Notes: generated by a model from the sequence alone, not told the origin. A stretch of DNA of 64,000 nt from Priapulus caudatus (GCF_000485595.1 NW_014577069.1:848673-912672); one strand, 5' to 3'; shown: positions 26,400 through 40,143, counted from the stretch's first letter. Translations and numbers: made by a program.

Positions 26400-26730
26400 C
26401 GTACCTGAAGTTACATCTGGTTACGTTAGCTATGTACTCTGGCCAGCAACAATCTGTTGGGCTGAGTCAGTGTCGGGTGAAAATCTAATTGCGTCAAGAG
26501 TTAATCATACCTAGGTATTATAGCTAGGTATTATTAGCTCTTGAGTGCATCTATGTATCAGGTTTAAAATTAGGTTATGAGTAATTATGTAAGCATGTGA
26601 CGTATTATGCAAGCACGAGGCATACCTGGGTATAACCAGTGGATGCGTTAGCTACTCTGGCCAACAACAATATGAGTCAGTGTCGGATTAAATCTAATTG
26701 CATCTATGTATCAGGTTTACAATTAGGTGA
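26400..26730 (+). repeat. Two further copies of the about 135-bp unit
   Basis: Same core sequence as 24275-24620. The first copy is interrupted by a hairpin insertion. Confidence 0.88.
26493..26545. mobile_element. 53-bp palindromic insertion with 3-bp duplication (TGC)
   Basis: Sister repeat units read AATTGCATCT. This unit reads AATTGC[GTCAAGAG...CTCTTGAG]TGCATCT. Confidence 0.75.
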
Positions 26731-27369
26731 GTCGGAGTTTGCCAAATCAGTACGATAGAAGCAGATAGTTGATTAGAAGATTTACACACGTGATTACAAC
26801 AAAACTGATGACTCATTGATTACAATAAAATGAGAAGTAAACAAATAATGCGATCTCGATATGCTACGGTTCCGCTCTGTATTTACGCTGGCCTTTGTAA
26901 GCATACACGTTATTTTTGGCCGAGTAGGCAAACATGCGCAAGGAACGTTGCGCAAGCGCTATGCGAGCGCCCCCTCCCGGTCACAACCGCACACTCGACC
27001 AGAGCACGTATATCACACACGTATATACGTATATAATTATATGACTTTACTCTGCTCGACTCTTTTTCTCGACTCTACTCTACTATTACATGCTCTGACT
27101 CTACTCTGCTCGGTCATTATATAGCGCATGCGCCGAGTACAGCGCCAGCGCTGCGTGAAGCCACGTGACCGCATGCGAGCTCCGTAGCTGATATACGAGG
27201 CTTCGTCTGACGTCGCGCACGTGATCGGCTGCGAGACTATGATGCGAACGTCACAGAGAAGCACGATGCTGTCGATGCAACCTCTCTCGCTCTCTCTCTG
27301 CGGAACTACGCAGCGTATGTAGTGCTTGTCCGCACGTACGTGCGTGTCTGTCTCTGGTACGTGCGCGCT

Positions 27370-27430
27370 TGTATTGTATTGTATTGTATTGTATTGTATT
27401 GTATTGTATTGTATTGTATTGTATTGTATG
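27370..27430. repeat. (TATTG)n microsatellite
   Basis: Direct reading. Confidence 0.92.
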
Positions 27431-27862
27431 TACAGACACAGACGGCAGCTTCTAGCTTGTTATTTACCAACAGCGACGAGTGAGGAGACAACGCAAGCAT
27501 CGTCCATCACGTGCGTGGCCTCGGGGACCATGACTTCTGTTGCATACTCATCACGCTCATCGAAACCTGAATGGAGCTGCTGCTGCTGCTGCTGCTGCTG
27601 CCGCGCGGAGTGACGGTATTGCTATCCCCTCCCCCGCCGTCATATGCGTCTCTGCTCGCAGTTGCTTTTTCCCTTCCCCCGCCATAGTTTTCACCTGTTT
27701 GCAGTTGTTTCACTGTTCCATTCTTCTTTTGGCATTTGTAGAATCACGAGTAACAACGATTTACAATTTTAATGCAAATATGGCGTAGTGTGCACGATTT
27801 GTTATAAATACGCGTGGGTGGGCGTGAGGCTTATGTAAACCTTATTATGTTGACTTTTACCT

Positions 27863-28095
27863 TTGTATTGTATTGTATTGTATTGTATTGTATTGTATTG
27901 TATTGTATTGTATTGTATTGTATTGTATTGTATTGTATTGTATTGTATTGTATTGTATTGTATTGTAGCAATACAATGCAATGCAATGCAATACAATACA
28001 ATACAATACAATACCATACAATACAATGCAATACAATACAATACAATACAATACAATACAATACAATACAATACAATACAATACAATACAATACA
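27863..28095. repeat. Inverted microsatellite: (TATTG)n joined to its complement (CAATA)n
   Basis: Polarity switches at ...TATTGTAGCAATACA... (about 27968). Confidence 0.92.
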
Positions 28096-31000
28096 AGAAC
28101 AGATACGGTGCACATGTAGGCAACCTTCACAAACAGCAGGTGTATATTTGAATAGAATTTTGATTAACACTGCATGGTTGCTAGACATTTAACTGCAGCG
28201 TTTATGCTGCCAAAGAATACCAAATTTATTGCGTTGGTGATTATTATGTAATCATCGCATTTTTGGGTTCTGCTTATTTAATATAGCTTAGATCATATTA
28301 CTGCAGTAATGAAATCAATATGAAAAGACAGACTTTACTGCCAGACACTACATTACATTACTGGTAAGGCTGGTTGCTATATCTGCCACGCATACGGGAT
28401 GTACGGGAAAAATATCTAGTGATTTCTTAAGCTGCACTAGCTTATGTCTTTACGTTACATAGAACGGATTTACGTTTAGGGATGTTTTCACATCATCACA
28501 TCAAGATTATTCTTGAAAATAAACAATGTTGATTTGGATGATCTACGGTAACATGCGATTTCAAACTAGTCAGCTTGCTTGTATGCACATACGCAACGTA
28601 ATATTAGTTGTCAGCGTCTTGTAACTATGCGCATGTTGAAGGAAATGACATGAGGAAGTTTTCGCGATGCAAATGTCAATATATATTTCTATTATGCGGT
28701 AATATGGGAATCCTTTGAAGCACGGTAAGTTATATTAGATTGTTTACATTCGAAAGATTCTAGACATTTTCGTGTGGCTATCTGAAACGAAACCTCAAAC
28801 GAGGGAACTCAAAATCCGGCCTTGAAAAGATTCCCTAACAAATGCATACGCTAATGCTTATTCGTCGCTGAATAGCATGACTCGACTGTATAACTAACTA
28901 CACGTACGTGTCAACAGTTATGCGATTAAGCACATTTTCATGCATGTACTGATTATAATTGATTATAATTTAATCGTACCGAGTGTGTTCATAACTAACA
29001 GTATAATATAATAGCAGTGTAGCAATATAGCAATATAGCAATATAGCAATATAGCAGTGTAGCAATATAATAGCAGTGTAGTTAGTATGACGATAAATTA
29101 AAGGCCCTGACATGAATAAACATGACGCATTAAAGCAACAACGTTCTTCGGACATGACCTTCCTACACTTACGATAATTGTGATAATCACAATATCAAAA
29201 ACATCTGCAGCGATTTTGACAACTATCTTTCGGGAGTAATGGAGAAACACAATGTACGACGATATTAACAGTTTTTGATTTTTTTGTTTAACTTCATATT
29301 CACATGAACTTTCAAATCACTGGGAATTTGCATGATAATCTTATTAAGTCGTTTTTAGTGTTTTATCTATTTTAATGCGCTTTGCGTGCTCTCTTTTTGA
29401 TTTTCAGATTAAATTTTACATGCATTTGCTTAAAATTGCAATTTCCTATATATCGTATAGCTTTTCGCTCGCTACAATAAAGATTTTACCACCTCCTTTT
29501 CAGCTCCGTCAGCTTCCTGGAAATCCTTCGCATGACCCGAATATAAACATGATATAATTATTATAAAACATGAAGCATGAAACAGGATATAGTCATGTTC
29601 TAAACTGAACCGCCATCGCTAATAACAATAGGTGCGGCTAACCTCGCCATGTCGTCGCATGCATGTCTTTTCGGAAATGAAAAAGGAACAATTATTATTT
29701 ACCAATATAACGGACAATTATAAAGCGGACGTTATAATCCGCCGCAGTGATGTAAAAAATGTAAAGATTTTGTTAGCCCAGTGAACACGAAATGAAACAT
29801 GGCCGGTCGCCGTCGGCGTCGCAAGTAAATATCGTCTCGCATATTGCTTTTACAACCGAGAATCATGGCCGTTGTTTGATCAATATTACGTTATACGGTG
29901 ATGTTTGTCGTTATGTCTGGGCGTTATCATAGCAAAAAAACATAGTTTAATAATATAAGCAAGATTGCTATGGCAGTAAGTATACGCTGTATAATTTCAC
30001 TACTGGTTTTAAGCAACTAGAGACTTTGAATGTCTATACGCGAATGTGAACTGTTGAAACGTAGGAAACGCTTGGTTTATATACGATGACCGGTCGCAAA
30101 ATGGCCTATATTTATTTACAACTATAACTCTTTACCACGCGCAGCAACCTGAGTGTGGCGTGCGAAAAATAATTCTACGTTGTAAATGTCAGTTTAAAAA
30201 GGCGGGAAACGCTTCTCGTGTTGAATTTGCTGCAATATTTGGAATCAAATTTAGCTATGAGCTAAAGCATATCTAGCCCCGTGTCCTTGTTTCTAGTTTG
30301 GGACCGTCGAAAGATCTAACTTCACATATCGTGATGAATGGTTTGTTTTCGCCAATTTTCTGTTTTGGAGTTGATCGAAGGAATCGAAAAAGATTACTTA
30401 TACATAATTGCAATGTCATTTGCCATACCAGATTAGTTGGGTTTTACCATATGCAATTAACATACAGTGTTTTGTTTACGCTTAAGTGTAGAGGAGTAAA
30501 CGTAAAATCTATACGCACTGTTTTGTGTCTTGGTCTTCCTTTGTTACTGTCCCGAAAGAAAGATCGTACATATTTATTCGTTTCTATAATGTCGCCGTTG
30601 CTAACACGACAGATTGCGTATCTGCAATGCCATCGCAGAAATACGATTAGTGTATAGTGCAGAATCTGTATAATACGTTCATTAATTCGTCGTACATCAT
30701 GTAGATCCGCTGTCATTCGTGTCGCATGCAATTCGCAATTTTATCGTTGGAAATTTGCGCAACACTGTTGTCTAAAGAAAGCGTGACCCTGGATTGTGCT
30801 TGGCCGTCAGTTGTATTTAGCAAAATGGTTGTATTAAGTATTAAGTATTAAGTATTAAGTAAGCAGAACAAGAGAATAAGCACGACGTTGGTCCTCAATT
30901 CCGACCGTCCGCCGTTCGTTAATTCAATCATTCATACCTTTTGTTCGTTTATGCAATTCAATTATTCGCTCATTTATTCACTTATTCATTCATTCATTCA

Positions 31001-34000
31001 TTCATTTACTTGCCCAATCAATAATTCGTTTACTCACTCAACCTTTTATTTATTCACTCACTCGTTTGTTTGTTTGTTCGTTCGTTTGTTCGTTCGTTCG
31101 TTTGTTTAGAACAGTAATTAAGTGTATCGGGAAATATCCTATCTAATAGGCAATAGATATTATCGTTGCTTACCCAATATAATGAACGGAAAATGCCTGG
31201 CAATGATATATAACTGTTATATAACAACAGGACAAGAGAGTAAACCGTCGGCCAGTTTTTTTAAATTGTTTTCGTCAGAAATTATTTTTAAGTATGAAAC
31301 TGATAAGCGAACTTTATAAAATCTTGTTAACAACCTACACCGAAGGGATTAGCTAACGTTTGATGTTTATCTCTGAATCCTATGGTTGCCAAATTTTTCT
31401 GTGCTACACCGCATTTTGTACTCTAACTGAGGCAATTATCCTGCAACGGAAAATGACGGTAAGTCGCATTTGAATTATTACTGTGGCGAAATCTGTCTGA
31501 AGCGATGATATAATTATGTAGTTCTATATTTAACCAACTATACGCCGGAATTGAAAGTGTAGTGCTTATATTGTCATTGAATTCCATTTTAGAAGTAAAG
31601 CGATCTCATAAATTAGTTACAATGTTATCCTATGAATAAAATACGCTTAGAAATGTAATTTCAGTAGGGACACGCAATAATAAGATGGCATTTTACGACA
31701 GACGGTGGTGCAGAACCGATCTTGCTATCTTCAAGTCTGCAATAAATATCGACCGAACCTTTAACATAAAAGCTTAACCTTTACTATAAAAACCTGCCCT
31801 CGAGCACGGCAATCAAATATTTTGCTGTGATCGTGGGCTGCACGACCGGCGTACTTGTTTGACACAGCAGCTTTGAAAGATGTGAAACGTTCTGATAGTA
31901 TATATCTGATCAGAATAGCAATTTGTTTTGGAAATGGACAGTATTGATAAGGATCTCTGCGATATCATCTCGTCTCCATAAATTCAAAGACAACATCTTT
32001 AAGAATTGATTCAGTGTCGGTCACCGTTCACATTGATTAGTTTACTGATCGCATTTCACTGATATACCGGAAAATCGGCATCATATAAGAAAAGCACTGA
32101 ACAACGCACATGTGTCTATGCATGCGCAATAGACCGTTTTCGCACAGCTGCGACAGCGCATGCTCGGTGACCTCATTTCGTAGCCAGTTCATAGCTTTTT
32201 ACTGCTAATGACAAAACGTTTCTATGCTAAACAGGCGTCCGGCACGCTCTAGTGACATGGGCAGCCAGATGCTTCCTGTGAAGAACACCGCCTTTCCTAT
32301 ACTTTCGCGATTTTATTACGCTTATAGTGGATACTGCATCCACAATTTTCGGATGCGATGTGCATATACGGTATGTGTACAAATCTCAAACGCTGCGAAG
32401 CAGGTATACTGTGAAACCTATACATGCACTTATGACCGTACGTGAGCATTATGTTTGCTAGCCAAAAGGTCCCCATGCGACGCTATTTTCGGAACGCGAA
32501 ATTGGCTAATATTTTTGCGATACCTCTATTCAATGTAACTTTCGTTGTAGTATCCCCCAAGGTAATCAACCGAACGCGATTCGGCTGTGTAGCGTCACGT
32601 AAAAACCATTAACGAAGAATATTCGCGTCTACGAGGAAATTATTGCTCATATACGTAATCGGTCCATAACAGTGGAGGGACTAGGGTCTCTACGAGAACC
32701 CTAAAGAAAACAGGCATCTGGCAGACAATGCACGATTTTACGATAACACAGGTTAGCCAGTATATAATTATCGGAAAAGGCTAACGTTCCTAGCGTAGGA
32801 CACGCGACTGGACACGCGACTGCACATTATTAACTGACCTTTAACTGCGACTGACCTTTAAAATGAGATTTCAATCGTAATCGTTTGGTTGATGGCTACG
32901 TATGAACTGCCTATATATATCGATTGTCAACGTGATTCCGCATAATATCCTTTGTATACGAATAAAGCTATCAGTATTCAGATGCAAAAATTAACAGATT
33001 CAAAGAGAAAGAGGGAGCGAGAGAAATAGAAAGAAAGAGAGATGTTTCACTATATGCTTTCTGTTTTGAAGTACAATTGTTTCGACTAAAAGAATGATTT
33101 GCTGAAATCGGGCAGGCAGTCACACAGACAACTCCCCGGAGCATCCTTTCTCTCTTCATCCGCCGCTGTAAAGCGATACGGTTTGAACCTTGCACGGAGA
33201 CATATGAGCGATTACAACCTTCTTATGGATGATTGCTCGGGGAACATGTGGTTAGTGATTTGTGTGCAACATGTGATCCAGTGAACCATAATCGGAGAGA
33301 TACGGCGCCTATCTAAACATTTTACGATAACATAAAAAGACGCCGATGGCACCGTATAAATATTTAGTTGAGAACAATTAGACCCTTCGTATGGTAGATA
33401 GCTCTGGAACATGTAGGTAGTGATTTGTGCAAAAAATGTTAGTCGTTGAACTTTAAAGGATTTATGACGAGCGTTTAAACCTCAAAATAACCCAGCCACA
33501 CTTAATTATATCATAGATATATGTATATTCTTCAAGTATGTCAAAATATCTGTCAAAATACTTTTGCTCAAAAGCTGAACGCTTAGCTTTACCTTATGCT
33601 GAGCACTTTTTGCTTAAATAATGCAGCGGCGGAAATGAACTTTGGAATAAGACATACGGCTACCTTTAAGCTGACTATCCGTTGTAAACGACAGCTTCAA
33701 TCGGTTCGAAAACGTAGGTCGTTGCTATAACCTCACTGCTTACCAGACAGCATAGTGTCGTGAATTTATACTAATAGCATTAGAAATTATAGCAGCAAAA
33801 TTGTTTGGTTGTTGTGGCGAGCACACACGCGGCTACACGAGTGCACGCACTCCCGCACACACGCGCCTACACGCGCCCACGCGCGCACGCACTCACGCAC
33901 GCACGCATGTACGCACGTCGCACGTATACCCCCCCCCCACACACACAACCACAGATATATTAGGCATTGTTTTCAAGTAATATTAACGCGTATACACACG

Positions 34001-35489
34001 CAGCGCAGGTCATGATCGTGGATCTGACTCCATTTTTTTCACAAATGACCTGTCACCTGTGTTTACATGTTACATGTTACATGGTATTTAAATGGTAACA
34101 ACACACGCTTTCATCGCCCACAGCGTAATCGCAGGTATTGCAGATTTTACAACCGCTGATTGTTATTAGCGTTTACGATTTACTTTTAAAACCTAGAGAG
34201 AGAAGAATCATGTATGTAGCATGCTGCTCGCTACTTGGACTTAAATGGTACACAATCCTGCACGCGGTTCCACATGACGACAGCCATTCTACTTCTTTGT
34301 ATATCTTTAACAATAATTTACATGTGTTCCTACACGCTCAGTCGGCTTTCATTTCCATACGTCCATGTCATGTGAAAATCGTACGAGATTTTTAATTACT
34401 CTTCAAAGAGCGCGTTGATTGGAATTGAACAACCTCGCGAGTGCGATGATGAGCGCTCGTCTCAACGCACTATTGCGAGATAACGACATCGTTGTAAATT
34501 CGCAAAGCGGCGTGGGAATAGCCAGTGAAAGAACAAAGGATAATTCCGATCTCGGTCTACATCGTATGCTTTATGTGCCACGTACGGATGCGAGCCACCG
34601 CAGGCATCTAAATGTCATGCGAGAAAGGAAGAGGCGTCGCGTGAGTGCTGAGTGGATGCGGCAAATGAATATAATAGGATTAGAAATGTTCGGAATCTCT
34701 AATTGCCGTGCGAAATTAAAGCTAGATTGACATGACGTCGAACGGTCGCACCTACGCGTTGTTGTCGATGGTTATCGTCAGCGCCAACGTCACGAAACGG
34801 CATTAAGGTAAAACGAGGCGGTTTTTTTCTCTCAAGAAGTGTTTCTTGCATGCCTTCCGTTGATTAACTCGTCTTAATGGTTAGTAGGTAGTTACTCGGG
34901 GAGCACTCTAGTCGTTTGTTGCGCGCATCGTAAATGTTTCCGAACGTGAAACGACGACGAATCCGAAAGAGAACTGCAGAAATCAGTGCGACTGGAATGT
35001 GCTGGATGCCTATCGTGGAAAGAATGATCTATGTTTTATTTATCTTTCTTTTATGCGACGTTTGGGTCTTATAACCCCCAATGTCATCATCATAATTTGT
35101 GGGTGTAGAAGATTTGTGTAATAATATTAAACGTAAACTTCACCGATAAATGTACACAGAAACGTGATATGCGGCTTTACTTCATCCTGACAGAAGAGCG
35201 AGTTGAACACATTTTGCTATCTGACTTATATCACATCGAGATCCTGATATAAGATACATTAAATAAAGTGAAACGTATGTGTTAGATGACGGTCCGTTTA
35301 AAATGAGTAGGCCTACGAGACACAGGATGACAGGAAACTATGAGGTTATCGTAACTAGTCAGTACACTTGTCTTTTAAGTGTTATCATCAAGAAGATGTC
35401 TAGAATTTTTCATCAATAATTTACACAAATAATTATAATTGACAATATGACAATAACCAGGACAATATGAAATTCAACAATGACGTAAA

Positions 35490-35531
<42 letters not shown>

Positions 35532-35799
35532 GTTAAGCGCCATTCAACATGTTATATAATACAATGAAAAATCGACCAGGAGTTAATATATATATTTTAA
35601 ATAACTGACACTGGTTTAATGTAGGATGATGTCACCTCTAACGTGTCTAATCTTTGACAAGACGCATCGAACCCAAATCGTACTCCATGCTCGCAGTACG
35701 CTCGCATAGCATCGTAAACAGCACAGTATACAGAGGTACCACAGGGCGTATAACAGAACAAGCAGCGTACCTTTTTTTGCACTATGCCAGATAAAAAGC

Positions 35800-36543
35800 T
35801 CACATTACATAATGCCAGCGCGTGGCGAAGTACGTCGTAGTCTACACATTGGGGGGATTTTCCACTAACGAAAGGATACAGGGGCCGACACGACGGCGCA
35901 CGTTCGATAACGAACACGTTCACCGGGATGGTCGAACGAAGTTGGGCGGCAGCGTGACGTTTAAATAGACGGCACGTTGTTGATCTGTTCCGGGGCCGTC
36001 GACGGCTCGTCCGCGTCGCCACCGCCACGGCGCGAAGCCCTGAAGTGTCGGCCAATTTCGTCGGTGCTTCAACGCAGCTCCACGCGCCGGCTGATAGTTC
36101 ACGAAGAAGACGTCTTTCATGCAAAGGCAAGAGTTCTGTCGGAGGAATTCTTCTAATGCTTCGATGTTGGTAGTGGGGCTCTTCGAACGTCATCGTGCGC
36201 GCGAGGTAAGCGGAAAGGGTGGCTTATCGTCAGATAGTGGCCTTTCGCGAAGTTGTATCGCAAGGAGGTGCGCAGCGGGCTTCGCTTCTGTTAGGGCGGG
36301 AAGCCGCAAACTGTCTTAGCAGTTGTTGCAGAATTCGCACGTTTGTCGATGAGTCAGCCATCGTATCTCCCAGAGTTCCGCGGTAGCTGCGTGGAGGGCT
36401 AGGGCTCGTGACGCAGCATGTTCCGCCTGGTATGCGAGAGTGAAGCGGGCAAAGAGGAGGATCGATAGCTGAGTTTGCTATTGCTGTTGTCCACTTGAAG
36501 CGTGCTGCTGGAAGCATATAGAACTGATCTCTCGCCTGCCTAC
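35800..36543 (-). CDS. CDA: CDA-like gene, large 3' exon (C-terminal half of the CE4 domain); frameshifted as assembled, 3' limit approximate
   Basis: Hopping frames gives VG..DQFYML, ANSAIDPPL, LWEI, LRYNF..HYL, PFPLT, NIEALEEFLRQ, KDVFFVNYQ, GFAPWR, VRYRTCA and PLYPFV, in the order expected for the CDA C-terminus. The phase-0 acceptor matches the previous exon. Confidence 0.8.
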
Positions 36544-37503
36544 CTTGTAACAGAAATATGTGCGCGCATAATGTGCAGCGCACATGAAACGATACGATGA
36601 TTATATATATATATATTATATATATATATATAATAGTATGTGTGTGTGTGTGTGTGCGTGCGTGGCGCGCGTGGTGGCGTGCGTGCTTGCGTATTGTGTT
36701 GTGTATGTGTGGTGTGTCGTGGTGTGTGGCGCGCGCGCGTGTGTGTGTGCGTGTGTGGCGATGGGGTATAGTTAATCAAAATCTCAGTAGACAAGTTGTT
36801 ACGAGGATTACAAGAACGAACATGAAATGCAATGTTTCATGCCGCATGACTGTAAGCCCATAATAGGCCCATAATAGGCCCATAATAGCGTTGCGAATAG
36901 TTAATACGAATATATGAATAATATAATGTTCGTTGCGATGCACGCATCATATATTTTAATAATGGCGTGCGATTGGGCAACGTTAGCTACACTGCCATTC
37001 ACATATTTATGGATACATCAACACCGCGTGTGTATTGTAGAATGCAAGCGTTGCTGTGTAGCGGCAGCATTAATTGTTTTCATTATTTATCGCCTGTTAC
37101 TGGCTCTTTATGCTCTATGTTCTGTTAGAATTCTCTTCCTTCAGTTGTTTGCTCATAGTAGGCGACACTAAAACGCACGACGTTCAATAAAACTCGCATT
37201 CACGTGCACGTAAACGTACGCGAGTACATGCGTCCGTCGTTCGCACGTGCGTGCTCGCGTGCGTGCGTGCTTGCGTGCGTGCGAGATTGCGTGCTTGTAT
37301 GCGTGCGTGCTTGCGTGCGTGCGTGCGTGTGTGCGTGCGGGCGTGCGTTCGTTCGCACATGCGTGCTTTCGTGAATGTTTCATGCTGTCCAATGTTTACC
37401 GCAAAGGCTCGTTTGCGATATGTAACGACCGAAACTATACATCATACTATAAGTCACGCTATTTCAGCCGACGACGACCTTTTTCGCAACTGTGTGCACG
37501 CAC

Positions 37504-37645
37504 CTGCAGATATGGCGCCCGCATTCCAACGATTTTATCGCTCGGTACTTTACCGAGTTCTTCAAATATCAGTCGCTGGTCGGCTATTTCCTGCGCCCAT
37601 TGCTGCGCGGAAGCAGTCTGCCAAAATGTAGTCGGCCAGCGGTGG
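37504..37645 (-). CDS. CDA: CDA-like gene exon (motif 2 end to motif 3)
   Basis: TTTCAG| then (S)HRWPTTFWQTASAQQWAQEIADQRLIFEELGKVPSDKIVGMRAPYLQ then |GTGCGT. Phase 2 in, phase 0 out. Not in the supplied ORF track in this frame. Confidence 0.93.
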
Positions 37646-38992
37646 CTGAAATGTCAGATAGAAACGTCGATCGCTGCCCAAATAAAGCACATACCGATGA
37701 TTGATGTATTGTGATGGCGCGGGGACATATGGCGTGACAACGCGACGAATATAACCATGGCACGATTGTCGCATATTATGCAGAGGTGGACACTGCTGCT
37801 TTATTTATCCCTATATGTAACGCGCAGTATAACCTCGCAGAAACGCTGAATACCGATATCAACCACAGGTCTACTCAATTCATCCGTCCACGTGTCGAGC
37901 GTCAGTGCAAAAAGGATCCGTTTGTGTCCGTTTGTATTGTCTAGTAGTGTCGTGAGTGAGGGCGCGTGCGCTTAACGCCTCTGCGCTGAGTGGGGTGCAG
38001 TGCCAGGGCAGGCGGTAATTGTACGCATGCAGAGCGTGGGACGATGAGAGTGCTTCGGCGTGACGGGCGGAAAGTCAAGTGTATATTGCATTTACGTGCA
38101 GTGACGAGTTTCATTCAGATAACGCACCTCTATAGCCCTCATCGGCCCGTGCGAGATGACATCAAGAAGGCAAATATTGATCGATTTTTTTTGGCGTATA
38201 GTCGGCGTGACGACGCGTGCACATAACAAGATCGAACCCGCTAATAGGCTACAAGTGTGCTAGAGATTAAAGCGCCGAGGACTACTAGGGAAATCAGTGA
38301 GTTTTGCCCCAAAGGAAAATTATCATACGCGTACGCGTTGAAATCGGTACGCATCATGACGTAGGAAACACCATCGAGTAAAGAATCTCGTATTATATGA
38401 CGCTCTCGTTCCAGATACCCAACGCACCGAATCTACATTATTTGCAAAAGTTCGGATTTGAAGGAGGTGTACAACAGTAAGCTTCTGCAATTGTTCACCG
38501 TTGCACTATTTCGTCTCTAGAAAATGCTTTTTTTGGCATTTTTTTTCGATGAAATTCGGCACAAGATTGCAATAATTTGCATTATGCACGCAAGTTAGAT
38601 GCCTCGTGGACGTCTAGAAAGCATTAGAAGTAAAATTGGTCTTGTTGTGTACTCGTGACATTCCGTCAGGTGGCGTAGCCGCAGCGACCGGCTGGTGATT
38701 TTTATGTATGAAATGTGTTCAGACAACTTTGCAGAAATTCGCGTCATAGAGCTGGCAAAAGTTTCGAGCGGAGCATAGAGCATGAATCTGTAGTTATTTA
38801 ACATGAATAAAGTGTATGTTTTGTAAGTGCAGTAACAGTGTGAGTATTTGTAATTAATTTCTGTTTGATACTTATTCAGGCCTGCCGCCTATGGACGCCC
38901 TCTACTGTTGTTCAACACCTGAAGCGGTCTCAACGGGTCATAATGCTTCCCACTCGCTCGCACAATCAACGTGCAGCGCTAAAGACTCTCAC

Positions 38993-39311
38993 CTTATCGA
39001 CAGTGCTGCCATCTCGTGGCCATCCGCGTAAAGATTCTGCACGACCGCATAGTCGGTAAACTGATGCGACACGAAGAATGTGCCAACGACGGGACAGCTG
39101 TTTGGATTGCGTCGCGCCTCTCTTCTGCGCCCTCTAGTGAGCCTTTTAAACACTTGCCGATACAGATGGAAAAATTCCATCGTGCGAACGGCAGACTCGA
39201 AAGTGATGGTGACCATCTGTGGAATCTCCTCTCGGAGCAAGTTGCCCGGTATGTCAAAACCCGTGCAGCGACAGTTGGGCGGCATGCAAACGCTCTGGTT
39301 GCAGGTAGACG
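38993..39311 (-). CDS. CDA: CDA-like gene exon (start of the CE4 domain)
   Basis: TGTATAG| then STCNQSVCMPPNCRCTGFDIPGNL..EIPQMVTITFESAV...RNPNSCPVVGTFFVSHQFTDYAVVQNLYADGHEMAALSI then |GTGAGA. Phase 1 in, phase 2 out. Confidence 0.95.
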
Positions 39312-40143
39312 CTATACAAACAGGAACATGAAAGCTTACGTAAAATAAAAACAAAATTAAATTAAAATTAAAAATGATGTGATAATTTTAACGATAGCTC
39401 TCTGTAAAAATAATGTTGTTAGTGTATACGTGTATAGGGTAATCGCGTTGCAAACCTTACAATGTATTTTGATGGATTGGAACTGCTTCCGTATGCAAAC
39501 GCGCGTAAAAAGGATCTATGGTAACCTTTCCGATTAACAACACACGATCAGCGATGTGCCTATATTATATGTGTACTTTTGGGTACTCTATGTGTATAAT
39601 ATCTTTTTTTTAACGATTTTTCACATAAAATAATAGCGATGTCGTTTCTGATGGCAAGATGGCTAAGCTCAGTATTTTTTTTATATCCGCACAGGCACGA
39701 CAAAATCTCGGATGTGTTTATCACATCATCATTCTGATGTTTAAACGCGCATTACCATGTATTACCATCGCTAACAAGCATGAGAAACACGAGCCGTCAC
39801 TCACCCCAGGGGCGGCCATGCATGCCTCAGCATTCATAACAATGATAAATGATTCGATAATGATTTTAATGTAAGGAAGATTGAATTTGCATCGCCATCT
39901 CATTTATAGATTTAACCCCGTGGGAATATTGTATTATCGCGAGGGTAATGGCTAAGAGGTGATTACTGCGTGCGATTTCCCACGCACTTTATTTACAGTT
40001 TAGCGTATGATGCTCCGTCGTCAATCACAATGATGCACACGCAGGTGTCTATAGATATATTATAGTAACCCAACATAGTAGCTTATACTATATCGAAAGA
40101 TGAGGGTATATAGTATATGGTCCTTACATCGAACTTACGCGGC

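Noticed and set aside
35597..36193. 198-aa ORF as a novel orphan or viral gene
   Set aside because: It is a mosaic of wrong and right frames of the frameshifted last CDA exon plus downstream sequence.
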